DNA of 64,000 bases, taken from Selaginella moellendorffii (lineage: Eukaryota > Plantae > Lycopodiophyta). The position numbers and the translations under genes are program-made. Below, piece after piece: positions 38,481 through 51,000 of this stretch. Under the pieces are notes generated by a model. That model was not told where the DNA came from. It saw nothing but the letters and a program-made list of their open reading frames with translations, and searched no databases. The stretch covers positions 142,483-206,482 of the forward strand of contig NW_003314274.1 in NCBI RefSeq assembly GCF_000143415.4. The letters are read 5' to 3'. The stretch's first letter is position 1. Each line of letters begins with the position of its first letter.

Positions 38481-41400
38481 AGACCTGTGGTACTCAGGAG
38501 GAACTTGGCGACCTCTTCAGGAATTTTCTCCACTTTCTTGGTTTTTACAAAAAAATCAATACCCTTGCAAATAGTATGATTTCTTCCTGCATAGTGTAAA
38601 AAGCTTGTAATTGAATGCCAAGTCCTTCATTCATCCCTGGTGTATAAGGTGGAAAATTTATATAAGAAATTCACAGTGCTGGCGCTTATTTACAATGAAG
38701 CAAGGATAGAGATTACCTAAAGCTCAAGGAAACACATCTTTACTCAAAAGTAACTGCACTTTCAGTTGATGCTTGGTCTATTGCTGGTTCATTGGTCTAT
38801 TGCAGTATTGCAGTCCAGTGTGCTGTTCAGAAGTCGTTCAGAAATCGGTGTCCTCAGCAGTCGTGTGTGTGTCTGTGTAGAGAGAGGCTACTTTGCAGTT
38901 CAAAATCTGCCCAATCTCCCCAAAAGTTGGAGCGTCATTACAAAGTTGAAGCATGAAGTTTTTAAATTTTAACCATTAGATCAAAAGTATATTCTTAGAT
39001 AAAAGAATATGTGACACTTAGATGCCAGATGCCAATAAGAGGTTTAGCCAAAAATAAAAAAATTAAAAAGGCAAATAGTTTAGGAGATTGCAAATATCAA
39101 CTAGTAAATTTCTTCTAATTCTTTTAAAATTTAATGTTACAGGTTAAATATAATGCATTTAGTGAAATTTGGCTTTTTTATCAGCTTCAAAATTTACATC
39201 AATTCATTGAAGTTTTTTGTAGTGATTAGAGTAAATTACAAAATAATAAATTCACTAAGATTTACAAACTTTATAAAACTTAATATTTGGTTTTTAATGG
39301 CAAAACAAGTTCAATAACTACTGTTTAAAATGAAATGTTTAGATATTAGTTTTATCTTTTACTAGATTAATTACACTTGTGATAATGCTAAGAAATCACT
39401 TGAAAATTATTAGAAAAATTAACAATGAAACTAAAATATTACAAATTTTACTCTAAATTTTAATTTTTTAAATTATTTTTATTATAAATTTAAGGAGTGA
39501 AGATGTAAATCTAATTCTATGATTTAGAGACATATGTAATGTATTAGTAAACATTTATTTATATTTATCATTCTAGTGATCATACTTAGAAGCATACTTT
39601 TCATCTTACTTATGCTTTTTGAGTTAGTTGCAAAATCCATTAATGATATCTATTTAGCCACGTATATTGCTATTCGGTGCTTAGTATTAGAGGGGGCATA
39701 ATATCATATATTTGCCATCTTTCTATATTTGCTAAAGTGTATTTTACCATCACTCTTCATGAGAGAATTTGAACTTTAACTTTTACTCATGAGATTTTGA
39801 ACTCAAATTATATTAAAAATTAATTTTCATTCATAGGTTGGACCAAATTAGTTTCTAAAAACATTATAAAACTAGGACTTTGTATTTAAAATCTTTAACA
39901 CAAATTCATTTTTTTCTTCTTTTATTTAGTATTTGATTAGTAATTTCATCATCTTCCCTCTCTTGATGACAAGCTCTTGATAGTTTTAACAGTCTAAGTA
40001 CAAAGCTCTTGCACCATTCATTCATAGGTGAACATGATCCAAACCACTACAAACAAACATTGTATCACAATAGCCATAGAAGGCCATAAGAAAAAGATCA
40101 CAGAGCAACAAAGGTGACAACTTCTATGCTAAACTCACTTTGTGTAAATTGCATTTTGTTTTGGCTTTTCCACTTCGACTTAAAACTCTCTAAGGTCAAG
40201 ATAGAAAATTAAATGCAATGTTTACTTGAGACTCAAGTCTTATTATTCCTTCTTGCAACTAGCTCTAGGAATTAGCTAACGCTTGGAAGAGTTTGCATAG
40301 CTCTGTTCTTCCACTGTCTACCTTACCAGGACTCGTCCACACGGTGACTACTAGGGTGACTTCTAATTCAAACATCATATGTCTTGAACTTGCACAACAT
40401 ATTGACATTCGAGATCTCCCTAAATGCCCAAGTCTTGTTTAAAAACATTTGTGAATCATAGCATCACATGGTTCTTGGAGCTCCTTCTCTCAATAAGTCC
40501 TTGATTCTTAATCGGCATACAGCCTGGTGCGCAGGATATATGAATATTGGTGTTGAGACATCCATGCAAACGATCACAAACAATAGTGGCCAAGTTCTTG
40601 GGACAAACTCCTCTTTATGTGAGCTACTATCCACAGCAGCAGCCAGCCAGCCAAGAACGGCGGCAAGTGTTGGACGACTAGAGAACTCCACTTTGACAAT
40701 GGTGGGTATCTATCTTAACAGTGGAATCTACTTACCTGGGAGCCACACCGAGTTGAGGATCACGAGAGGGACGGCTAACAAATGTGACATCACATTCTAG
40801 GGGCAAGAAGTACTTGAAGCAATTTGCAGATCTCCCACCGACTTTACCTGGTTAGAAGCGACAATATGAGCTGTTGGAAGCATTCCCCAGCTACCAAGCA
40901 TCTTACTTCAACTCTAACAAGTAGGTGCAATAGAGAATTGAGCTTATTGAGCAAGTCTACGAGTGCAAATTGCTAGACCATGTTTGTGAACTGGAAATAA
41001 GAAATAGTCTCATTGGATTGCGACAGTAGCTTAGGAAAGTGGTGGATGCCATGAAGGAGATGGGGAATGAGCTCATAAAGTACAAATATAATTGGAGCTC
41101 GGGAATTTGAAGTTCAAGTGAAGATCTCTACTTTTTGAAAGTATCAATTTAACTTCAAAATTATCAATATAGCTTGTATGTAAAGATAAGATTGCCATAC
41201 CAACGGTTGCAGTGACTTTTTGTCATGGAATTGCAACAATAAAAAGCCTATGGTGAGAACCATGCAACTATACTAATGAGGACAAATACATTTGTAGATC
41301 CGGGTTTAATGTAAATCCTTTTCAAGACAGCATTCCAAACTTGTGCTTGGCACTGAAGAAATATTATTCTGAATTTGGTTTTATTTCCTCAAAAGCTAAA

Positions 41401-41779
41401 TGTTATAGAAGATATATTGGCCTCGAGGGCCATTGAAGATGATAACAAGCTAATAGTCTCTAGTGTAAATCTTTGATTTATTCACAATATGGTAAGAGAA
41501 TAAATAAAAGAAAGAAAGAAGAAAAATGAAGAAAGAGGCAATTTTATGACATCTTTAACTGTATATATACACATATACACATGACGAAGTATGACTTATA
41601 AAAGCAAGTTCAGAAAACAAATGCTTTTTGCTAGAAACTAAAACCACATCTATGATATATATAAATTGTAAACCAAACAGTTTACATTCTCGTGAACTAG
41701 GGTTATATATATTTAAAATATTAAATATTGTAAACCTATAATATATATCGCTATATATATCGCAACTTAAGCATAGCTC

Positions 41780-44125
41780 TACCGCTTCCTGGCAGCAGAC
41801 GTCAATCGCTTGGAAACAAACGGGACCTGGATTCGCCTCCATGATGTGAAGTTCTGTGCGACAGTCGATCAGCGCAGCAGACGCTGAGCTCCTGCGTCTC
41901 GTATCGTCATTAAGGACCCCTGTGACCCCGGAATGCTATTCCAGTATTCCGTGTTCGGTGCTCCATGTGTTCCATGATCCCCCGGCTCCGTTGCCATCCG
42001 CCAGGCAGTCGACATCGATCTCTGAAGAGCCCGTCAGATACTTGTCGTCTGTCAGGATCGACTACTTCAAACCCCCGTCTCCAAGTACTCTTCCAGGCTT
42101 TTCGTTGCTGTAAACTATCTCCATGGCCCGTCCACCAAGAACATAGGAAGGACGGACAAGGACCGCCTCTCTGCAATCTCCAATGCGCCCTCTGCCTCCA
42201 GACGAGCTGCTATTCCCAGCTGCTTGAACAGCCTTTCCTGTCCTGGACAGCATCGATAGAATTTGGAGAAGCCTCGTCCAGACAGTTTTGTAAAGGCACC
42301 GCCAGCCTCAAAGATGTTTGGCAAGCAAACTGCCCGTCCGGCTTCTCCAAATCAATGATATTCAAGACCGCGGCTGAAAAGCCAGACCACCTCTCGCATC
42401 ATAGCCAGTTGAGACGGGAATTCATCATCTGTTGTCTTAAATCCTATTTCCTGGAACGGAAAAAAAAAACGCGCCAGTCAATCAAGGAGTAACGATCATA
42501 AAACAAACCAACCAAAGCAGTAACTTAACAAGAACAAACAGGAGGAGCATGTACATACGTGAAGTACGAAGGATGTATGACAGCAGCAGTAGTCGAATTC
42601 ACAGAATTCAATTCCTTGTCCGATACGATCGGGACCACCACCAAGGATCAATACCTTCTTCCTGTTGCAAGCCTGGGGCTATCGTCGTAGGATGAGTACC
42701 TGTAAGGTGTGTTGGCTTCGAACTCTGCAGCACAGGTGTTAAATGCTGGCACCACTCCCAGAGCTATCCTGTGAGCTCGAACCTCTGGTTCGGCAGTTTT
42801 TGTAGCATAAGTAACTTGTCTGTCGCCAAAAACCTCGTTGCTTGATCTGGTACATAGCTGTGTCAGCTTTGTGTTGGACAGAAACTCCTCCACCACGAAT
42901 AACTCCTTGAGCTGTCCCAGGAACCACGGATCGAAAAAAGTCAGCTCGCAAATTTCTTCCGAGCTCGTTCTCCGCGTAAACGGAATATATCCGGAACTGG
43001 TTACTTAATCCCCTCGGCGTCACTTGAGTTCTTTGGTACCTTCGCAACATCCAAAGCCACCCGCTCCCAACGGCCTTCGAAAACGATTCCTGGAAAGTCC
43101 GCCTTCATCTGAATGGTAAGTATGGAACCTGCGATCCCGGAAACTCCTGAAAAGCAGAGCGTGGAATCTGCACACACTACACACAAAGCAAACGGGAATC
43201 CTCGTAAGAAGAAGGACGAGAAAGACAGGGACGCAAGAGAACTGACCTTCGTGACCGCACAATCCATAGATGGCTCAAAACTAGCAAGGTGCCTTTCGTT
43301 GGGAATCTGGTCCAAAGTGCAGCTTTATAGAAAAACCAGTGACCTTTGAAGCCAGCGCCGACGATCTCTGGATAACCATCACTTCTCAGATTTACTGCAA
43401 ACTGGACGTTGGAGCCACCGCATTCAACACCTTTCTCTCGGCTCTAGCTTGGTCCCGCGGTCTCTCGTATCCTTTTCTGTCAGGATCTGAGCTGGTGCTA
43501 CTGTGAAAAAGTGCGAACAAAGCCATGGGGTCGATGTTCTCGATCAAGCAGACGATGACACAAGTTGTCAGCGGGGTCCCCCTTAACTCCTATTTCGCAC
43601 TCCTTCCAACCACGCCAAGCAAGGACTTCTCAACCGAGACCTGTGAAGTGATGCTCGCTGTCAAGCTTTAAAATAGATTTGAGCTCCTCCTCCTGTTGTA
43701 CGCATTACCCCATCCGATCCGATCCGTGGGTATGCGTGGAAGGAATCGGTGTAACAGCCGTTCGAGTCACTCCCTTTGAAATTCTCCGTTCTTCTTATCG
43801 CGCTTGGCTACCCTGGGACGCAAGCTTGAAAGCCTACGATGCTTATCGTAAGTCATAGAGGCCGGATACTTTGGTGCCGATGAAAGGTGTGGAACTCTTT
43901 TGGAACTGCAAGGGATCTCTTGCGGTCACGCAGGAGTTGAGCTTTGGCAAGTGAATTTTGCTTTGATTATTCGTCCTGCATTTACCGTTCAGCCGCCATC
44001 GCTGCCTCTAGCAAACACCTTAGGCCGAGAAATCCATTCCCCACACCGGGAAATGCGAGCGAGAATGCAGGCGCCGGCGGCACATCGACGCCTCGAAATC
44101 TAGCAGCTAGAGTCTCCTCCGCCAT
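41780..44125 (-). pseudogene. carB: Carbamoyl-phosphate synthase large subunit pseudogene, intron-retaining, many small deletions, 3'-truncated
   Basis: VEKSLLG, IENIDPM, LDQIPN..ASFEPS.D..VTK, intron, [50 protein letters not shown]; frame broken repeatedly. Confidence 0.9.
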
Positions 44126-45494
44126 GAAATCCAGCTCCGAAACGCCTACCTCGGCTCAGCCACGCTTTCTAGGGCTCCTCAGACACCCTAATCGAAGATC
44201 GTTAATTAGAAGTATAGCCGATTGAGACGTATATTGTATAAATACGCATCCAGTACATTTATTGTATCGCCCACGTACACACACACTCACACACACATAC
44301 AACTAAGGCTGCATGATTGGTGACAAGTATGGTCGACCAGATATTATACAAAACCTCTTGAAAGACTATAACGGCTGGTGGTTGGTATTTCTACGTCCGC
44401 GGCCGTACGAAGTCTTTGATTTTGTTAAGCGTATAAACACGTGGGTCAAGCACTAATCTAACAATCCGGCCGCCCCCGCCAAACAACACTGGCATGGCAA
44501 TGATCCGCCAAACAAAAACAACGAGACTAAGCTATGGGAGTGGCATCTCTTGGGAGTCCTTTGAAAGGAATTTTGGATGTTTAGAAGAACAGCGTGCGTG
44601 ATTGATTGATGGAACCACATTTGGGAACAAGTTGTGCCTTGTCCCAACGCGTTTGTTTTGGGCCGTTTAGTTACAAGCTGGTTTTAAGAACATTAGATTT
44701 ACGGCCCAAAGCCAAAAGTTTGGCCAACTAACATTTAACAAAAAATGGGTGAGAGCATAAATTTGCCAAATGGTGGCTTTTTGGGAAGCTCGAATGTGCC
44801 AATTGCGGCATCTAGTGAAGGGCAGAAGGATCACAATGCTCCCATAAGTAAGATTCGTTGCTTTGTTATTCTTTTTTCCACCATAACATTGCCAAATAGC
44901 TAGACCGAAATTTCTGCCGTACGGACGGGGCGAAAGTGGACCACTCCTGGCCGCCTGGCGAAAGTACAACCGGTTGAGTAACCCAAGCTATAGCACAAAC
45001 AAGTTTTACCACGCCAAAAAGTCCACTGGAGTCATCGCATCGGCCATCTAGTATTACTTAAAGCACCGCCCCCTTGCTCATCGCCTTTCATTGCCATTGC
45101 TCGCTCCTTCCTCGGCCCGTTTTTTAGGTCACTATAAGCGCTTTGGCTTTGTTTTACCCTGTGTTCCCGGGGCGGGGCGCTGCCCGCGCGAGAGAAGGCG
45201 CGAGGGGAATTTCTTGGTGTCGCGCGCGCGGCCGCGATTTCTGGAGCGCCGAGGAGCCGCTCGGATGCCCGTCGCCAATGCAGATGTCGCCGCCGCGCCT
45301 CACTCTCTCCAAGAATCCCTGCCTGGGGAGCGCGCACAACAGGCCCGGGATGCGGCATTCTGTCCAGATTTCGGGCGGGGCTGAGCTCCGGATGGTGTGA
45401 TTGAGCACCGGATTGACGAGATTTTGCCAAGAAATCAGCCTCTCTCTCGCCCCGCTGCTCTCTTTGCTCTCGCTCCTCCTGCCGCGCCGCCGCG

Positions 45495-48094
45495 ATGTGT
45501 CGTCTCAATCCCTGCGAGTGCGAGGAAGATAATCCTCTGATTGCCGCCGCCGCGGCAGCGCCCGCGGCAGCGCCTTCGTCAATCGTGCTCGTGCTTCCCA
45601 GCATCAACGATCCTGTCGTCCAGCCCGTGAAAGATTACGAATCGGAGCTCCATCGATGGCCAACATCCGCCGAGGTGGGTGTCTCTTGCCATAATATATT
45701 TCTCTTCTTGGATCCCTCTTTCCTTCCTTGGCTGCATGCATTGCTTGCGGCCTTGATCGTGATTTTTCCAGGGAAATTTTTCCGTGCGGCGCTGTGCTGG
45801 TGTGTGCCTGTGGTACCATCACTCCCACGGCAGCCAGCGTCCATGGCCAGCTAGTTTGCTTGCTCGCGAGAATCACTGTGTTATTGTATTTTTTTCCCTC
45901 GGGATTTGATCTCCGATTTGGCTGTGATTTATATCCTTTGTTTTCATGTGGCATTTCTTTCCTCGGCCATACGGGCACGTTTGTAAATGTATTGCTTGCT
46001 TGCTTGCACCTCTCCTGCTGTGGATCCATCGGTGTCAGTCGCCCGCTATGCTCTGTGACAAGCTTGGACTGGAGGCCGTGTCGCGTTCGCGTGGATTTGT
46101 GTATGATATTGTACCGGCACCGGCACGGTGCCTGTGAGAGCGAGTCAGTCGGTCACGACGAGCGGAAGAAAGAATGCGTGCTGTGACTTTGTCATGCGTG
46201 TGAGACCGAGGTAGAGAGCAAAGGCACTGATCGATCCTTTCTCGTTTTTTTTCCAAATGGAGCACAGGTTGTGGAGGAATTGAAGCAGATGAGTGGCATA
46301 GCGGGACCCATGGTGGTAATGGGTCTGCTTCTTTATGCCAGGTCTATGATATCCATGCTATTTCTAGGCCATCTCGGGAAGATGGAGCTCGCTGGAGGAG
46401 CTCTATCCATGGGCTTCGCCAACATCACCGGCTACTCTGTGCTGGCGGGGCTGGCCATGGGGATGGAGCCGATCTGCGGCCAGGCTTGCGGAGCCAAGAG
46501 GTGGCACCTGATGGGCATTACACTCCAGCGGACCATCCTGGTGCTCCTCTGCGTCTGCGTGCCCATCGCCAGCCTGTGGATCAACATGCAGCGAATTCTG
46601 CTGTGGTGCGGCCAGGACGAGGGCATCACGGCAATGGCGGGTACATACATACTCTTCTCGCTTCCCGACTTGCTGGCGCAGGCAATTCTCAACCCCCTCC
46701 GGATTTACCTGCGGACGCAGAACATCACCACGCCGCTCACCTGGTGCTCGGCGCTGGCGCTGGCGCTGCACGTTCCCATCAACCTGCTGCTGGTGATCCA
46801 CTTGAAGATGAGGATCCGCGGGGTGGCGCTCTCCGCCGCATTGACCGACTTCAACCTCGTCATCTTCCTGGTGGGCTACCTCCGCATCTCGGGCAAATAC
46901 AAAAGAACGTGGGACGGCTGGTCGCGGGACTCGCTCAAGGACTGGCGCCCGCTTCTCAACCTGGCCATCCCCAGCTGCATCAGCGTGTGCCTCGAGTGGT
47001 GGTGGTACGAGTTCATGATCATCGTGTCGGGGCTGCTGACCAACGCAAAGGCGGCGGTGGCGTCCATGGGCATCCTCATCCAGACCACGGCGCTCGTCTA
47101 CATCTTCCCCTCGTCGCTCAGCCTGGCCGTGTCGACGCGGGTGGGCAACGAGCTGGGCGCCAACCGGCCGGCCAAGGCCCGCATTGCGATGATGGTGGCG
47201 CTGGCCTGCGCGGGGGTGGTGGCGGTGCTGGCCATGACGTTCACGACGACGATGCGGCATGTGTGGGGGGGCATGTTCACCAAGGACGACTCCATCCTCT
47301 CGCTCACGTCGCTGGTTCTGCCCATTGTTGGGCTGTGCGAGCTCGGGAACTGTCCGCAGACAACTGGCTGTGGGGTCCTCCGGGGCTGCGCGCGGCCATC
47401 GACGGGGGCCAACATCAATCTGGGATCCTTCTACTTTGTGGGGATGCCAGTGGCGATGGCTCTTGGGTTCTTGTTTAATGTCGGGTTCCCTGGGCTCTGG
47501 CTGGGCCTGCTGGCGGCACAAGGGACATGTGCGGCCCTCATGATGATTGTGCTGATGCGGACGGATTGGGCTCTGCAGGCGGAGAGAGCCAAGCGCTTGA
47601 CGTGCTCGGTGGATGCTGCTGCTGCTGCTGCTTCGAGTCCCAGGAATGACGAGGAGGAGATGAGCTGCATCATGAGCAGCAGCAACAGTGGCAGCACCGC
47701 CGCCGCCGCCACCGCCACCGCCACCGCCACCATTACGAGCAGCGCCACTAGTGTGCTCAGTGCTGCTGCCACCAACAACAGCAGCAGCAGCAACAGCAAT
47801 GTTTGCAAGGCAGTGGATCATCGCCACCATGAGACGACTTTTAGAGTTGATGAAGACGAGGCGGCCGTCATATCGGTGAAGGTGATGCCCCTGGTGGAAA
47901 GTGAAAGGGAGCACGGAGACAAGCTTCCTCCCCTTCTTCCTCCTCCCCCTCCTGCCGCTGCTCCAGCTGCTACTGTTGCTCATCATCATCATAATCATCT
48001 TCGTCAACCATATCATCATCAACAACATCATTATCAACAGCAGCACCAGCAGGAAACTACTGCGGCAGCAGCGGCAACAGCAGCAGCTACTTGA
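45495..48094 (+). CDS. DTX: MATE/DTX efflux transporter (DTX48-54-like clade), 2 exons (45495-45674, 46268-48094), about 668 aa with a long low-complexity C-tail
   Basis: RWPTSAE|VVEELK...LLYARSMISMLFLGHLG, MEPICGQA, CLEWWWYE, STRVGNELGA, ELGNCPQTTGCGVLRG; phase-0 GT-AG intron. Confidence 0.95.
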
Positions 48095-51000
48095 AGGAGG
48101 CGGACAGGGACAAGAGGGGATCAGATCTAGATACTAAAACCGGTAATGGCGGGGGAGGCTGGTTGGCCGGCTGGCTGCTGCAAGAACACTTGTGTCGTCG
48201 AATCTGCGTCATGCAAAAGGTGGTGGAAGGCTCTCTTTGAGTCATGGATGTGGTTGGATGGGTATGTGCGTGCACAGGGTGACTGGTTTTTTTTGTGCGT
48301 GCAGTGAGAGGCAAGAAGCGAGCCTCTTGGTCTCGGTGTCGCCATCCAGAAAAGTTGCGGCTTTAAGTTTAGCTAACTGGTGTGGATTACACAAAAGAGC
48401 GAGAGCAGCTTCTTTTCTTGTTTTTCGTGTGCGGGAGCTACACCTACAGTGGCAGCAGTAGCAGCACCACCACACCACCACTACCAACAGCAAAGAGTTC
48501 GCATCAGCACCAGTGCTCTCCAGCGGCTACAGCAATACTTTGCAACAAGCAAGAAAATTGATAAACGAGATTAGGTCGGTTTGGTATGTGGTTCCAGAGA
48601 AGTTGGCCCAGCACAAGTCACAATGCAAATTGCAGTAAGATTGATCAGCAGCAGCCATAAGAAGGCTAGCTACATTATTTTCAAGTCCTTTTCTTTTCTT
48701 TTCTTCTTTGCATTTTTTTTTTAATTTTAATGTTTTTTTGTTTTTCCTGGTGATCATTGGTGTAAGAGGAGGGGAAAACAGGAACCCTTTTAAAATTCTG
48801 GAATCTGTTTATTTCTTTCTAGACACTGAATGGTGGTGGTGATCGGTTAGATTGCCACTTGTATTTGTTTGGCATTTGATATATGGATGTATATGCCCAA
48901 AGGTATCATTCTTTTCTCCTAAAGTTCGTGCCTTGCTTTCTTTTCTGCCAACCGAACACAAGAAGAAGGAAGTGCTGCTTAGGTGGGCTGTATAGTCGTC
49001 ACGAGTTCTTTGCTCCTCGTATGGGAGGTGGGGGCTCCCATTGGATGGAAGTGGAGCTACTGCAAAACAAAGAAAGCCTTGTGTGTACTTTGGCCTTCTC
49101 TCCTGACGTGTGTGGAATTCACCAGCCAGCTTCAGCTCTGAACCTTTGTAACAAAGATTGGATAGAGATCAAGATCAAATCATATGATCAGTGAGGCTTA
49201 AGCTGTTAGCTTAGTGGCTAGCAAACAGATAGAGATGGATAGCATGCAAGACAATTGGTGGTGAATGATGAGTGGGGTGGTGGGTTCCCCACTGTGCTGC
49301 CAAGGCAAGGCATGTAGCACAGCCAGGAAAGAGTGATAGGAGAGAGGGCAAAATGTAGAGAAAGAAGAGGACAAGGGAGGCAAATGCAAATCAAAAGGAC
49401 TGCCCTTCCTCCTGGCCTGCTGCTTCTAGATGGAACCAGCCAATTGCTATGCTCTCTTTTCCTTTTTTTTTCGATCTTTTTTGCTGTATTTTATCACCCA
49501 ATAGGAGAACAGCACACTGCAATCTTTTGTGTTTCTGCTGCTGCCACCCCAGCCACATCAGGGAGAGTTTATATGCCTGCGTGTGAGGGCCACACACTCA
49601 CATCCTTGCGTACATTGCCCAACCCAAAACATGACCAGAATTCAAGAATGCAAGCCAAAATTCCATACAATATTATTGTTGCTGTCCAAAAGGCAGAGCC
49701 GGCATGTAAATCTTGAGATGGGAAGGGTGTGGCTGCAACACAAAGCGAACAATGCACAATATCATGTCTCGAAATCAAAACGAAAAGAATTTTGGTTTGT
49801 GCTGTGGTCCACTTTAGCACTAGATAGTGCTAACAACAAAAATAAGCTAACAGTTTCGGGTCGCCACCTTTCTCCCTCAACGATTGCTTACCAGGATCTT
49901 GCTTGCTTGGTCTTGTTTTTTTGCTTGTTGCTTGATTACTACCCACAAGGTGACAAACCAGGCACAAACTTTGTTGTTGCGTTCTTAATCTCAAATCTAA
50001 AGACATGAAAGAGTCAAACGAGTCCAGTTGAGACTGCTACTAGCTGCTGCCCGCCTGCTATTCCTAAAATCCTTGTTAAGCATCCCGCCTAAAACGCCTT
50101 AAAAGTCGAGAGCACAGCGACAAGGATCTTTGCAACACGACACTCGGCTTTCTACACCGACAAAATGTTTTGGGACTCGTCGTGTCGGCTGCAAAACTTC
50201 CAAGAATCCACAAGAGAAGGGCCACTTGTTAGTAATGAAATCACTTATAAGGGTGTTTTAGCTGCTCAGCAATTTGGATTGTTTTGCAATACTAGAGATT
50301 TTGTAACTCAAACTGTGTGTCTTTTAGTGCCTCCTCCTTGGATTGAAAAAACTTAAAAGGAATCTATCTATCACCGGTTTGACCACGCCTAGGACGCGAC
50401 TGGACCGAACTTTGATTCCTATGGAGACCTAAAAGACAAACTACTCTAGACACTCATATTATGTTATGTTGTAGCGTAGTGGGGTGTCAGTGTTTCTTCT
50501 TCGTATTCTTTTTAGCTCCTAAAAAGAAGGGACTGTGGATAAACTTCTGGAGTTTCTAGTGCTAGCTCAAGCACGGAACCAAGTACGCGATCGCTTGTCT
50601 TGCGGGGAGGCCTCACAAGCTTGGAAGACCACATGAAATCTGGTCAGCACACTTGATTCCACTCCAATCTGAACGGCTGCACGTTGCATCTTCTGCAGCA
50701 AGCCAGAAGTCACGCGAAAATCCACACTCAAGCCTTGAAAGTTGGTCAAGAGAGTCAAAGAAAGGATCTGGAAAACAGTGATAGTGGTGCGACAGTAGAA
50801 TCATATAGCCACACTTTGTTCTTGCCTAGGGAATTGGTGCTCAAGACCCCTGGTCAGTCAAGAAGCCACCTGGTAAAAATGCAAGCAATAATGCAACACT
50901 TGGAACGATCAAAGAAATTCTCTTTATCACAATCACATAGCTAGGTCTCTTGACCTTGGTGAATTTCACACTTTTTCCTTTGTGTAGTCAAAACTTTCCA

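Noticed and set aside
40250-41450. More GC-balanced stretch with short ORFs
   Set aside because: No recognisable motif in the frames examined; left unannotated.
45265-45384. Possible upstream ORF ahead of the MATE gene
   Set aside because: TSS unknown and no evidence of conservation; short ORFs are expected in GC-rich DNA.
46403-48046. 547-aa antisense ORF and other overlapping ORFs in the MATE gene
   Set aside because: Expected shadow of GC-rich codon usage; same for the antisense ORFs over beta-tubulin.
49320-49420. Loose resemblance to miR408 (ACTGCCCTTCCTCCTGGC) with a partly complementary upstream purine tract
   Set aside because: Several mismatches and no clean hairpin; probably low-complexity coincidence.
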